The notes under the pieces were generated by a model. It had not been told where the DNA came from, did not search any database, and saw nothing but the letters and a program-made list of their open reading frames with translations. Positions 12,590 through 25,855 of a DNA stretch of 64,000 nt are shown here, in pieces (within the stretch, counting starts at the first letter, position 1; each line of letters starts with the position of its first letter). Origin of the DNA: Octopus bimaculoides (taxonomy: Eukaryota); NCBI RefSeq assembly GCF_001194135.2, contig NC_068981.1:98512058-98576057 (forward strand), read 5' to 3'. Position numbers and translations under genes: made by a program.

Positions 12590-12801
12590 ACACCACTCAC
12601 AAACGCAGTACACATAAGCAGTACACACACACAAACACACACATGCATACATACATAGAAAGGGGATACAAAACAAAGTGGGTGTGGCAACGAGAAAGAA
12701 AGAAAGTGATAAAGTGTCTGTGTAAGAAAAGTGCATGGGAGAGTGATGGTGTGTGTGTAAGAAAGGTAAAGTTAATATATAGAGGTGTAAGATAATGTGT
12801 G

Positions 12802-12838
<37 letters not shown>

Positions 12839-13200
12839 GTGATTGTGTCTGTGTTTGTGTAAAAGTGACAGTGTGTGCATAAGACTAGTAGTGTATATAT
12901 TTAAGAATAACTGCATGTGCATATAAGTGTCATAATGTTTGTAGAAGCAATAGTGTATGTGTAAGAATGATTGTGTAAGAGTGTTAGTGTATGCATGTGT
13001 AAGAGTGATAATGTCTGCGTAAGAATAATAGAGTGTCTGTGTCTTCATGTATGCATGTGTGTGTGTGTGCATGTGCAAATATGTATGTAAGAGTGATAGA
13101 GTAAATGTGCAAGTGTGTATGAGAGAAAAATGCATATGTATATAGGTGTGCATGTAGGGGTTAAAAGAAGCAAAGAGAGAGAGAGAGAGAGAAAGGGAGA
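12590..13200. repeat. TG-rich low-complexity tract with a cryptic GTGTAAGA(GTGATA) minisatellite and (GA)n
   Basis: GTAAGA occurs 8 times between 12722 and 13092. Confidence 0.7.
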
Positions 13201-13231
13201 TGGATGAGTGCATCAAATTAAAATATTTTAC

Positions 13232-13383
13232 CTTGTCAGGATGCAAACAGCAGGAAACACAGTACTCATAGATGACACAGCAGTGGTTCTCCTGGCAACT
13301 GTTACAGTTATAGCGACTGGTTTGCGGCACAGAGGCATCACAGCAGCCACCAGTCAAGATAGCTGACCGCTCGCATACATAAC
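13232..13383 (-). CDS. SPRING1: SPRING1 coding exon 3, 152 nt, phase 1/0: (G)[50 protein letters not shown]
   Basis: TTTTGCCAG acceptor, GTAAAA donor. Cys-rich GYVCER...GCC...[13 protein letters not shown] motif. Confidence 0.97.
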
Positions 13384-13749
13384 CTGGCAAAACGGAATAC
13401 ATAACTTTGCTATCAAAACAGGTTAACAGAGGAAATTCATGGATTGGGAGGTGGAGCAGTGAATGTGGTAGTGTGTTGAAGTTGATGTAATTAACTAACA
13501 CCACTCTTTTTAAAATTGCCAGCCTTGAGCCTAAATTTGAAACATTATTATTGTTACTCTTTTAACTCAGATTTTGTTGGAATTCCTGAAGTCTTTTTAT
13601 TATCATTCTTGAGTGAGAGAGCAGTGCATGCCATCAGAGTGACACTGAGGTACAAATATATGAAGCCCAATATACCCATCATGACTACACTAGGTATATG
13701 CATCCCAACCATATGTGCGCAACATGGTAAGCTCATATCAGGATAAACA

Positions 13750-14130
13750 GTGTATGACCTTGCTGGTGAGGCCCAGTTAGAATTTTCTTCAGGTCAAGTA
13801 GCCCATCCCACTCAAAATGTCCCTGAATAGGGTTTAAAATGCTCATGTTTTCAGAGGTGAATTATTCAAACCCCAAAGAATTCCTCTCGTCACATGGCTA
13901 TGATGCTCCCCCACTAATCCTGCTCATGATCAGAGATGCACATATCATCAGTCACTAAGGGACATGTTCAATTGGATAAGGTCAAGCAACTGACAAGCAA
14001 ATCTGTGGTATTAAGCAGAATATTTGCTGTAGCCTATTTTTTATACCAGAACAAAACATATTCATAATAACAATTCCAATCATTTAGATCAGAAACCATG
14101 AGAGCCACTGCCTGGTGCTGTATCAGAGCA
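13750..14130. repeat. Unclassified dispersed repeat; second copy inverted at ~58850-59580, interrupted by the hAT MITE
   Basis: Shared CAAGCAAATCTGTGGTATT and GGACATG(T/C)TCAA segments. Confidence 0.55.
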
Positions 14131-14148
14131 TATTAATATTATTATTAC

Positions 14149-14188
<40 letters not shown>

Positions 14189-15225
14189 GAGGCAGTGAGC
14201 TGACAGAATCGTTAGCACATCAGGCAAAATGCTTAGCAGCATTTTGCCCGTCACTACATTCTGAGTTCAAATTCCACCAAGGTCGACTTTGTCTTTTATC
14301 CTTTCAGGGTCGATAAATTAAGTACCAATGAAAAACTGAGGTTGATGTAATCAAATAACCCCTCCCCCAAAATTTCAGGCCTAGTGCCTTTAGTAGTCAC
14401 CTTAACTGACCATGGATCAAATTGGGCAAGCAACATCAATTATAGAGCACATGTGATTTACTTTGTCCACCACCAATAAGTCTGGTTTGTTATGCTCAAG
14501 CAACTGGTCTGTTTGAATCGAGAATTATTATTATCATCAGCATTATTATTATTACTACTACTACTACTACTACTACTACTATTATTATTATTATTATTAT
14601 TATTAAGAAGGCAGTGAGCTGGCAGAATTGTTAGCACACCAGGCAAAACGATTAGTGATATTTCTCCTGACTTTACGTTCTGAGTTCAAATTCTGCCAAG
14701 GTCAACTTTGCCTTTCATCTTTTCATAGTCAATAAATTAAGTATCAGTGAAACACTGGGGTCGATGTAATCGACTAGACCCCCTCCCCACCAAATTTCAG
14801 GCCTTGTGCCTTTAGTAGAAAGGATTATTATTATTATTCGTTTTGAGTTCAAATTCTGTCGAGGTTGGCTTTGCCTTTCATCCTCTTGAAGTCGATAAAA
14901 TAAGTACTAGTTGAATACTGGGGTTGATATAGCCGACTTATCTCCTCCTCCGAAATTGCTGGCCTTGTGCCAAAATTTGAAACCATTATTATTATTAAAG
15001 AGGCCAGCTGGCAGAATCATTAACGTGCCGGACAAATTGCTTAGTGGCATTTCTTCCAGCGCTTTACATTCTGGGTTCAAATGCTGCCAAGGTCGACTTT
15101 GCCTTTCATTCTTTCGGGGTCAATAAAATAAGTACCAGCTGAGCATTGGGGTCAATGTAATTGATTAACCTCATCTCCCCCCAAATTACTGGCCTTGTGC
15201 CAAAATTTGAAACAACTATTATTAC
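14189..15225 (+). mobile_element. Array of four SINE-A-type copies with (ATT)n tails
   Basis: Heads at ~14189, ~14607 and ~14998; a 5'-truncated copy at ~14839; separated by (TAT)n/(TAC)n tracts. Confidence 0.85.
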
Positions 15226-15580
15226 TGTTAGTGACTATTTTATCTTGCAGTGATCAACTATAAATGTAGTGGTGGTGGTGGTGGTGGTGGTGGTGGGTAT
15301 GATGATGATGGTAGATTAAAAAGACAACATTTGATGTGGTAGGGCAGTTTATATTACACAACACATAGAGTCAAGGGGTGGACTGGTCATATTCAGACAA
15401 ACCAATTCTTCTGGGTTATAATATATGTATGTACTATAAACATAGACATATGTAAATTAGGTCACAAACAGTTAATAATTGGGAACACTCTCGGTTACAA
15501 TCTTGACTACGCCCATGCTCTGTAATTTCCTACATCACCATATGCTGCCCTGTAGTAAATATGAGATTGTAAATACCTAC

Positions 15581-15740
15581 CTCTGTCATCTGCTATTATT
15601 TGTATTCCTTGAATGGAATTCCGACATTTCAGCACCTTAGTTCCATTCTCATCGTCACCAATGTTTGGTTGCCATTGAAATGGTTGACGAAGGAGCGTGT
15701 GTTTCACTTCATATTCGTCAGTCAGCCAACCTTTGTCCTC
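15581..15740 (-). CDS. SPRING1: SPRING1 coding exon 2, 160 nt, phase 0/1: EDKGWLTDEYEVKHTLLRQPFQWQPNIGDDENGTKVLKCRNSIQGIQIIADDR(G)
   Basis: TTGATTTCAG acceptor, GTAGGT donor. Contains the CRNSIQG..(I)xDxxG family motif. Confidence 0.94.
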
Positions 15741-16162
15741 CTGAAATCAATTAACAATGTCAATTATAGAAACTAATAATGTATTAAATTATATATTGTT
15801 GTATTTCAGGATGGTCATTTTTTTTTNNNNNNNNNNNNNNNNNNNNNNNNNNNNNNATAAACACAAGCATCAATTATATATTTGTTCTTCACTCGTTTAT
15901 TACTGTTCTTATTTTAACTTATGTCCATTGTCTTGGAATCTTTCATCACACATCTGTGGCCTCTTCAGCAACCCTTTCTGTCTTTGTGTGTGCTCCTGCT
16001 CCACTTAGCCCAATCTGTTCTTCTATGGTGTGTATCCTTATATGCGCATGCATTTGTGTCTGTATTTATGTGCATGTGTGTGTGTGTGTGCACATGCATG
16101 TGCATACACGTGTCTAAATTATATATATATATTATATCATACATAAATATAAATTATATATA

Positions 16163-16750
16163 TTCTTTTATTCTTTTACTTGTTTTGGTTATTTGACATG
16201 CTGGAATATTGACTTAAAGGGTTTTTTTAGTCAAAGAAATTGACCTCAGGACTTATTCTTTGTAAGCCTAGTACTTATTCCATCGGTCTCTTTGTCAAAC
16301 CGCTAAGCTACAGGGACATAAACACACCAACATTGGTTGTCAAGCAATTGACACAAACATTGACACAAAAACACACACACATAACTATATACATATATAT
16401 GACCGGACTTCTTTCAGTTTCTGTCTACCAAATCCACTCAAAAGGCCTTGGTCAGCCTGAAGCCTTAGTTGAAGACACTTGCCTAAGGTACCACACAATG
16501 GGACTGAACCTGGAACCATGCGTTGGGAAGCAAGCTTCTTACCACACAGCCAGTCCATGACAGATATATGTATATATATATATATATATATAAATATACA
16601 TACACATGACAGGCTTCTTTCAGTTTCTATCAGCCAAATTCACTCACAGGGCTTTGGTGAACCCAAGGTTATAGTGGAAGACACCTACCACACTAAACCC
16701 AGAACCATGTGGTTGAGAAGCAAACTTCTTACCACACAACCACGCCTATG
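16163..16750 (-). mobile_element. SINE family B plus a partial second head
   Basis: Family motifs; the head segment is repeated at ~16600-16750. Confidence 0.75.
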
Positions 16751-17837
16751 CCTATTAAATTATAAATAAATCTAAAATAAATTTTTTTACTTAATAATAT
16801 ATCAATACTATTATTACACAGATATTGAATTCATAATTATTTTATGTAAACCATTAAAAAATTAAACTTACTTCACAACTTCTCTATCTATCAATCTATC
16901 CATCTATCCATCTATCTATCTTCTCCACCCTCTATTCTTCACTCACTATTCCTGGGAGGGTTGTTGGAGTAGAGACCCCAGACACTTCTTCCACAGGGTC
17001 CTATTATTAGGCTTTCTCAAATATGACCAACTGAGACTATGGGTATCCAACCATTTCATTCTTGGACTACACTTAGGTGTCCTACAACAACTTTAATCCT
17101 TTTGATACCAACTGCCCTTTGTTTTATGAAACAAATTTCCCTGTTTTAACCCTTTAGCATTTAAACTGGCCATATCCAGCCAAAATATTATTCCTGTTTT
17201 ATGTTCAAACAGGCCAGATATAGCCTCTCACACCTACCCTCCAATGTCAGTCTAAAAAATATAGTCACATAATCAAAATCTTGAGGCTACAAGAAAATGC
17301 AGGAAAAATTCAAAACGGGGGTAGTAGAGAAAACTGCCTATGGAGCAGAGACTGGAGTATCTGTTAGTGATTGAATGCTAATCAGTCAAGTGCCTGCCCA
17401 CCAATCCCTCAAAAATCCTAGTTATGGCATGCATAACAAACTAAACTATTACCATAACTATCATTATTTAAAACCCTACATTAATATGGTTGTTGTTGTT
17501 GTTCAATAGTCCTGTTCATTGCTGTGTCATTGCAGTTGTTTCCTGTTGCAGCAACTCGTGTCTGAAAACCCAGTTTCATCTTTCACTTAGAAACTATTTC
17601 ATTGTTCTACTGCTGCTGCTGCTGTTGTTGTTGTTGTTGTTGCTTGTAGCACGCCATACTTGCTACTGTATAGGCTGAGACAAGCATAGATTCTGTGGAA
17701 TTTAAATGGACTTTCTGCCAGTTTCAACAATAAATAATATCCCAGTTGTTTGATCAACAGAGTGACCTGTTCATTGAATTGCAGTATAAACAACTAAACA
17801 TCTATGGACATGTATACTTTCAACATAATCCTCACCA

Positions 17838-18560
17838 CCATCATTATTTAACATCCACCTTCCATGCTGACAGGGTTTAGATAGTTTGACAGGAGCTACT
17901 GAACCAGAAGACTGCAAAAAGCTCAACTGTCTGTTCTGGCATGGTTTCTATGGATGGAAGTCTTCCTAATGCCAACCACTCTACAAAGTGAGTGCTTTTA
18001 ACACTAGCACCAGTGAGGTCACCAAGTGCCTTGCAAGGCAAAACCCCTTAACTAAGAAGGAGTAGTATTGAGGGAGATGGCTTTGTGCCAGGTAACAAAA
18101 AGTATGGTAGAGGGACAGAAATGGGTGTCTTTCTCCAGAGGAGATAAGTGGCTACACCTGTTGAAAAAGAGATTAGGGAGAGAGAAGGGGAGAGAGAGAG
18201 GGGGGAGAGAGAGAAGACAGTGGTGACAATGTGTTGGGCATATCCTCAAATTGCAGAGAGGTGCATATAAGTGAAGTGGTGCAGATGATAGGAAGGGGTG
18301 ATTGGGCAGGTAAGTTCATAAGAGCGTGAAAGGAAAGAAGGGATGGAGGGGAGGTGAATGTAGTGAGTGAACATAAGTGGAGGGAGTGGGTGTAGGGATA
18401 TGTTGTGGGGAATTGATTTGTCAGGGACAAATTGCGTGCAAGGACATAGACATACACAACATGCCTTTAGGGCCTCATTTTTACTGAGATGAATGGGTTT
18501 TCTCAAGCACAGTCCTCATCACGGTCCTTTGTCATCACCTCTGTGAAGCTCAACATGTTA
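17838..18560 (-). mobile_element. RTE LINE 3' end, diverged
   Basis: Same 3' UTR motifs; RT-end remnant (TCTCAAGCACAG...GTCATCACCTCTGTGAAG) at ~18490-18560. Confidence 0.65.
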
Positions 18561-20149
18561 TTTTATATGTCAAAGTTGACCCCTTTAAATTACTGATACA
18601 GCTCATCTAACAGGCTGCCACAGTTTTCATCTATCCAATTTCATTCACAAAGTTTGGGTTGATGGGTTGGCCTGAAGCTATGGTAGAAGACACTAGTCTA
18701 AAATGTCAAAAACAGGGACCAAACTCCAGCCCCCATGGTTGCAAAGGAAACTTCTTCACCTCTTGACCATGCCTATTATTATACTACACAAATGCAGTAT
18801 AATAGTGTTGACATATTATGTGGCTATCAAGGTATAGTCCTAAACAAAATAAGCAAACTTTGCAGGGTACATGACAGAGTCCATGACAATTTAGATTTAT
18901 GAGAGTCACTCTAAACTGTCACTCAGCCTGCCAGAAACAGCAGCCAAATTCTTCTCAAAACATACCCTGCCATCATAAAAATGAATATATTGTATTATGC
19001 AGCACTGGAGTTACCTGCACAAAGGAAAAAGGCAAGACAGTCATGACTGGAATGTCTTGTTGATCATAGGCCTATTCAATCAAGGATAACATGGGGCTTA
19101 ACAATAACAACTGAAGAAAGTTGTTGACAATCTAGCACAGAATATGAGACAGTGAAATGTTTGACACCAAAGTTGTTTTGATTACATATACTTTTGTTAA
19201 CTTTGGGTCAGATGAGACATATATATATATATTGTGATTTGAGAATGGTTTTAGAAGTATTATGAATATTAAGTAGGTGAGTTAGTTGTTGAGGATACAA
19301 AAGTTAGAACATAATAGTAAAATGAATTGTAATCTTTGTTAGTCTAAGTGGTTTTTCAGGTGTAATATCTTTTTTCTGTGGGTGTGGTGTATATAAACAC
19401 ATGTTTTGGCATTGTATTGCCTCGTAGACAAGACAAATTGTAATGAATAATTAAAATATATACATATTACAACTATTTTGGCTACAAAATAATAGCTGTA
19501 GTTTTGAACAGGTCTGAAGTTGCAGACCCACCCAATATTATGCATGTTAGTAGTAAGAACACAGGATAGGATAAGATAGGATAAGAAAGAAAATGGAATA
19601 GAACACATGTACACTGGTTAAATTGCTAATAGAGGTTACATGAGATTGAAGTAACCTCAGAGTAACTTGAAATTAAGTAGTTAGGTCAAAGTTTAGAAAA
19701 TTAGACATCAGATTGCATAGTTTAGGAAAGGTACATATTCCTCTCTGAATGTTTAAACAAATTTGGTAGGGTTAAATAGACACAATCCTTAAAATATCCA
19801 CTCTCTAGTAACTGGGAGAAACTGAACATCATAAATCAATAATTTAGGACATAATTTACTAATATAAGACATTAGGTTTTCTTATATCCTGAGACCAAAT
19901 AACAACAGATAAAAGACAAGACATTGTGATAGTTGTAAAGTTTATGCCTCCCCTACAGTTTTATTTATAACAGGTTTAACTAAGCTGCAGGCATGGCGTG
20001 TGATTAAGAAGTTTGCTTCTCAACCACATGGGTTTGAGTTCAGTCCTACTGCATATCTCGGGCAAGCGTTTTCTACTAAAACCCCAAGCCAACCAAAGCT
20101 TTGTGAGTGGATTTGGCAGAGAGAAATTGAAAGAAATTTATCATATTAT

Positions 20150-20440
20150 CATCATCATCATTTAACATTTGCTTTCCATGCTGGCATGGGTCGGACAGTT
20201 TGACATGGATCTGGCTAGCAAGGAACTGCCCAGACTCCAATTATCTGTTGTGGCATGGTTTCTACAACTGAATGCTCTTCCAAACACCAACCATTTAACA
20301 AAGTATGATGGGTGCTTTTTACATGTCACTGGCACAGGTCCATTTACACAGCACTGGCACAGGGGGCTTTTTATGTGGCACTGGCACCTGAAACAACAAG
20401 CCTGCATGTGTGGAAGACAGCAGTTTTACTTGGCATACAC
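20150..20440 (-). mobile_element. RTE LINE 3' UTR fragment
   Basis: (CAT)n tail plus family motifs. Confidence 0.7.
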
Positions 20441-20967
20441 ACACACACACACACACGCACATATATATATATTCTTTCCCCCACCAAAACTATCTATACT
20501 GATCCTGATTACTAACTAAATATAAACACTTCATCCAAATGTTAGATTTGTATTATTTAATTTCTGTCTGACAAATTTCTAATAGGAAATTCCTTACATA
20601 TCTATCAAACATGTAAAACTTTGTAATTCCTATTAGTAGATAAAACACATGTAATGGTGAATAAATAATATGGACAAATTTCCAATTTTCTGATTTGTTA
20701 TATATTTTTGCGTGTGTGCATGCGTGTGTGTGTGGGAGAGGGTGGGCGTGTTTGGGTAAGTATGTGTGAATTTGTGTCTCCTTGTCTTGACACCATGTAA
20801 TAATTGTAAATGAGTATCACTGTCAGTCATTTCCAATATTCTTCTAAAACATGTTTGGCCATAGGGAAATATTTGCCTTGCTGAGAAAACAGGTAAGGGT
20901 TAGCAACAGGAAGGGCATCCAGCTGCAGAAAATTTGACCCATGCAAGCATGGAAAAGTGGACATTAA

Positions 20968-21184
20968 CCCTTTCAGCACTGTATTTCTGTTGAAAAACAT
21001 TGCCTTTGTTTCATTTAATTTTGAAAATAATGAAGAAATTAGAAAAGTAACTTTGTCATTACTAAGCTGGTGTTTGGAACATAAATTAACAGAGTCTTAA
21101 TGGGTTTTAAATTAGATCATTTTAAAACAGCAAGTTTGTATCACAGAATCAGAGGTGGCCACAGGGAGTTTGGTATCAAAAGGG
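20968..21184. mobile_element. piggyBac-like MITE (family 2)
   Basis: TTAA|CCCTTT...AAAGGG|TTAA; related left ends at ~11166 and ~17095. Confidence 0.65.
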
Positions 21185-21744
21185 TTAATTGATGATGGTG
21201 ATGATAATGACTAAAATTAGTTCAGAGCAAATGTAAGTAGATTAGACAAAAGTTGTCAGGGAAAGGGGAGTTAAGAGTAGAAAAATGAAGAGTGGTAACT
21301 ACCAACCTAAGTGATTAAAAGGGAGATTTTACAACCAAGTAATTAAGCAATACAACAAAACTTGCCTTGACTTGCACATAAAAATCAGTTATTTCTTTTA
21401 TATGTTTCAGCTCAAAGGCTGTGGTCATAGTGAAACACCTTCATGTGGAGAAAACCTGAATATGTGGGAAAGAATGAATGGACAAAGAGAGATATGTTGT
21501 TAAGGTAAACACATTGTCAGCGCAATGAATTAGCATGGGGTCTCTAGATCTAGGACAATGGAGGATATCTGAAGCATGACCTGCTAAACTAATACCACAT
21601 GCTACCATCATAAATCATGTATAAAACACAGTATTTTTTGTTCTAGTTATTTAATATTTGCAATATGTTTTGTTTATGTGTGAATGTGTTTGTACAAATA
21701 GAACAGTACTGTGACAATCATACGTCCCCCATTTGTTTTTTTCA

Positions 21745-22245
21745 AAGGTATGGCTATGTGGTAAAAAGTTTGCTTCCCAACCACATGGTTCTAGATTCAG
21801 TCCAACTGTATGCCACTTTTGGCAACTGTCTTCTACTACAGCCCCAGGCAAACCAAAACCTGTGTGGTAAGAAGCTTGCTTCTCAACCACATAGTTCCAA
21901 TTTCAATCCCACTGCGTGACACCTTGGGCAAGTGTCTTTTACTAAAACCTCGGGCTGACCAAAGCCTTGTGAGTGGATTTGGCAAGTGGAAATTGAAAGA
22001 AACCTGTTGAATGTGTGTGTGTTTATCTGTGAATGTGTGTCTTTGTATCTGTTTGTCCCCCCACCATTGCTTGACAACCAGTGTCGGTGTGCTCATGTTC
22101 CTGTAACTTAGCAGTTCAGCAAAGAGACCAATAGAAGAAGTATAAGGGCTTAGAAAATTAAGTCCTGGGGTTGAATTGTTTGGCAAAAATACTTCAAGGT
22201 GGTGCTTCAGCATGGCCACAGTAAATGACTGAAACAAATAAAAGA
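21745..22245 (+). mobile_element. SINE family B with two tandem heads
   Basis: Two GTGGTAA.AAG.TTGCTT starts at ~21757 and ~21863. Confidence 0.75.
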
Positions 22246-23439
22246 AGTGTGTATGTGTGTGTGTGTTTTATCCTTGCCTTGAAATCGTGTGACAGCTGGA
22301 AATAAGTGTAACCATCATTCAAGCAGTGTCCTCCATTTCCAATCTTCCAAGACATGTCTAGTCATGGGGAACTATTATCCTACATGGAAACAGGTGAGGG
22401 TTAATAACAAGGTCATTTGGTCATAGAAAATCTTCCTCAACAAATTCCATCTGACTCATGTAAGCATGGAAAAGTGGATGTTAAAATGATGATGTACCAG
22501 TAAAATAACCGAATGAATTGACTTTAATCTAGACACAAAAGCAGCTCATGAACTTAGCTTTTTTAATGAAGCTTGCCATGAACAAGAAAAAAAATTAATA
22601 TATAGAGAGAGAAACTATTAAATGTTATAAGACTTTTCTATCAATTCAACAAAAGGTTAAAACTTCAACAAATGACTAAGACAATAATTAAAATTCATAC
22701 CAACTGTATTTCTTTTAACTTTTTGAAGTTGAAGGCTACTAATTCTTCAATGGTGAAGACGCTGGAAATATTTTTTTATTCGAGGCAAAAGAAATAAGGA
22801 TGGTAATTAAAAATCATTAAAAAAAATATCTGTATCTTAATTTATTATATGTGTTTGTGTGTGTGTCTCTCTCTCTCCAGTCAAGGGACAATATCTTACT
22901 TGGAAATGATGAAATAATTGAGGGTTGATGACAGAAAGAACATCTGGTTGCAGAAAATCTGCTTTAACAAATTTCGTCAGACCCATACAAGCATAGAAAA
23001 GTGGAGGTTAAAATGATAATGATGAGAATATACATATATACATATAAATATATTCTTCCTTTTAGATCAAAAATGTTGTGTGTATAGATTGACAAATATG
23101 AGTTAAATAATACAAAGCAGATATGAAAGTAAATCTTACCAGAATATTTATGATAATTGAGAACCAAATATATTGTATTTCTTTTAATTAATTTATATTA
23201 ATGCACAGTGGATGTCAAAAGTAGTAACCTTGGTCAGAGGAATATTTCTATATATACATCCAATCACTCTCACAATAAATACAGTGGTATTTACTTATTG
23301 CTATGAGTAACAAGACAAACCAATATACTTTTAAGTAATTTCTGACCTGTTTAAACTTGTTCACTGATCAAATGAGACTTGACCTGCCCTGACTCTATTT
23401 GTAATGAAAGTTCAATGTACATACAATTACTTCTTTTAA

Positions 23440-24130
23440 TGGCCACAAGAGCTCACATACAAAACATTAAAAGACATGCAACAACATAAAAAACAAAAAC
23501 AGGATGATACAATGGGTTTTCACACCCACAAAAGCCATGGGTACCTGAAGAACAGGGCAAGAGCCCTTCTCCTTTGATTCGCTTTTTACAGGTGCAAGCT
23601 CAGAATTGGTCCTTTCTTTCTGACCATTCTTCCAGCATTCACCCACCTTTCAACAAACTTGCTACAAGGCAACACTTCCCTCTCCACCCTCAACTTCCTT
23701 TTCAAGTTGAAACTTGAAAAGGTTGATGAGGGCTTGGCCAAAGAGGAAAGTGTCTGTCTTTAGCCCTTTCAAACAGGTCCACCATACTACCTCTTTCACT
23801 ACAGCCACTAGACAAATAAAAATTGCCTGCCCCTCCCGGCCAAAAGAGGGCGGTGGGGCAATCTTCACTATGGATTCAGCTGAAAGCCAGATCCATCCTA
23901 CACATGACACCAAGTGTTCGACATAAACCCACAAGTCAGCAATACTCAGGCACTGGACTAGGACATGCAGAACGGTTTCATTGTTCTGCGTGCACCTCGG
24001 CAGGCCTGGCTGACGGCACTTCCGTGCCTGTAAAGTTTATCTTGAACAGGCAGCGCTCCTCGGTAGCACTGCCAGGATTTCTGGAAGTTATCCATAGGCC
24101 CAGGCCCGAAAGTTCTCCAAAACAGACCGG
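23440..24130 (-). mobile_element. 3' fragment of an L1/Tx1-clade non-LTR retrotransposon (ORF2 C-terminal zinc-knuckle region, frameshifted)
   Basis: Minus-strand pieces GALPVQDKLYRHGS..C, ETVLH(V)LVQC, LWVYVE, LVAVVKEVVWWT are typical of the Tx1-type zf-RVT region; T-rich 3' end. Confidence 0.7.
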
Positions 24131-24782
24131 TTAGTTGATTTTCATCGACACCCAATGTACATACAATACAAGTAATATTTACCACCCCTGGTTATTTATA
24201 ATGTATGGAGGATAATGCACAAATATAGCATTATCTACCAACCTTATTTATAATGAATGTGCAATATACATACATCATCAACAACATCCATGTTCAATGC
24301 TAGCTTGGATTGAACAGTTTGATTGGATCCAATGGGTTTTAGTAGTCCATAAGTGTGTGTGCCTGGTAGTTGAGCGTGTGACGCTTGGCTAAATCAAATC
24401 TACAACACTGGCTGCTCAGCAAGTTCTTTCAATTATATCAGCCGAAACATTGTGTTAACAACAAACAAGATGAGGACAAATATCCGTCAAATGTAAATAA
24501 TGTACCTGCTATATCACTGACTTTTATAAAGTCAATATTAAGAGGCATTGAGCAGATCTATTCTTTTATTTTTTTACTTGTTTCAGTCATTTGACTGCAG
24601 CCATGCTGGAGCACTGTTTCAAAGGGTTTTTTAGTCAAAGAAATTGACCTCAGGACTCATACTTTGCAAGCCTAGTACTTTTTCTATTGGTCTCTTTTGT
24701 CAAACTGCTAAGTTATGGGATGTAAACACACAAACATCAGCTGTCAAGCAATGGTGGGGAGACAAACACAGACACAAACACA

Positions 24783-25700
24783 ACCTTGCCCTACTCCTAA
24801 GCAAATTTGAGAAGTCAAGCAGAGGCCACCGGTTCACAATTTTCCTGAAGCTCCTACACAGGTTGAAGGGAAAAACCTAAAGTATATGAAGTCATTTACA
24901 TATATTGGTAGTAAAGTGAATTCGAGCACTTCCTTTGATGATGAAATTGTCAATCGTCTTGCAAAGGCAACCAAACATTTGGCAAACTCCGTCATCACCT
25001 TTGGAATGAAAGAGGCATTAAACTTGACACCAAAGTACAGGTTTGTAAAGCTGACATTCTTACTATTCTTTTGTACGGCTCAGAATCATGGATATTCTAT
25101 AGACGATACATTAACCAACTAAACATCTTCCACAAAGGCTGTCTCAGGACAATCTGCAGTTATTCATTAAAAGACAGAGTTTCTAACACCGACCTGTTTA
25201 GCAAATGTAAGATTGGTGGAATCAAGAGCTTCCTTATGCAGTCGCAATTGCGCTGGGATGGCCATATCGTCAGAATGAGTGACGAAAGAATACCCAAAGT
25301 CCTCATGTACAGCCAGCTTGATAGTGGGCGCAGGAATGTTGGTCAACCATGGCTCAGATATAAGGACAAGCTGAAGAGTAACCTTTTAGCAATGAAGATA
25401 GCTCACAACACTTTTGAGTAAATATCTTGGAGTGAACAAAATGGAGATCATTGTGTCAAAATGGTACAACTTTGTTGCCACCAGCATGAATAGGCTTAAC
25501 GGTGCAAAGCAAAGGTGAAAAACGGCTGCAAATATACCACCTGCACTGACCTGTAATCCTCATACTTGCAGTATCAGTGGGTTTCTTTGCAAATCGTTGG
25601 CAGAATTTAAATGTCACATTCAACATAAGCATTGTGACTGACAAAGTAAGAGTAAGTTATCAGACCCTCATCCACCGAAACCAATGGGAGAGTCCATCAT
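24783..25700 (+). mobile_element. 5'-truncated RTE/BovB-like LINE (RT C-terminus + 3' end), frameshifted
   Basis: FTYIGS..DDEIVNRLAKA, YGSESW, QLRWDGHIVRMSDERIPK..Y..L..GRRNVGQPWLRYKDKLK; ends ...GAGAGTCCATCAT. Confidence 0.9.
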
Positions 25701-25855
25701 ATGTACATATATATGGTGGGCTTCTTTCAGTTTCTGTCATCCAAATCCACTCATAAGGCTTTAGTCAGCCCAAGGCTAAAGTAGAAGACACTTACCCAAG
25801 GTGCCATGCAGTGGGACTGAACCCAGAACCATGTAGTTGGGAAGCAAGCTTCTTA

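Noticed and set aside
12554-13504. 316-aa minus-strand ORF
   Set aside because: Only 13232-13383 is real (SPRING1 exon 3). The rest is read-through of a CA-rich microsatellite tract (His/Thr repeats).
10519-15225. Regularly recurring repeats resembling a CRISPR array
   Set aside because: Units are 200-400 bp SINEs in a eukaryotic intron; there are no short repeat-spacer units or cas genes.
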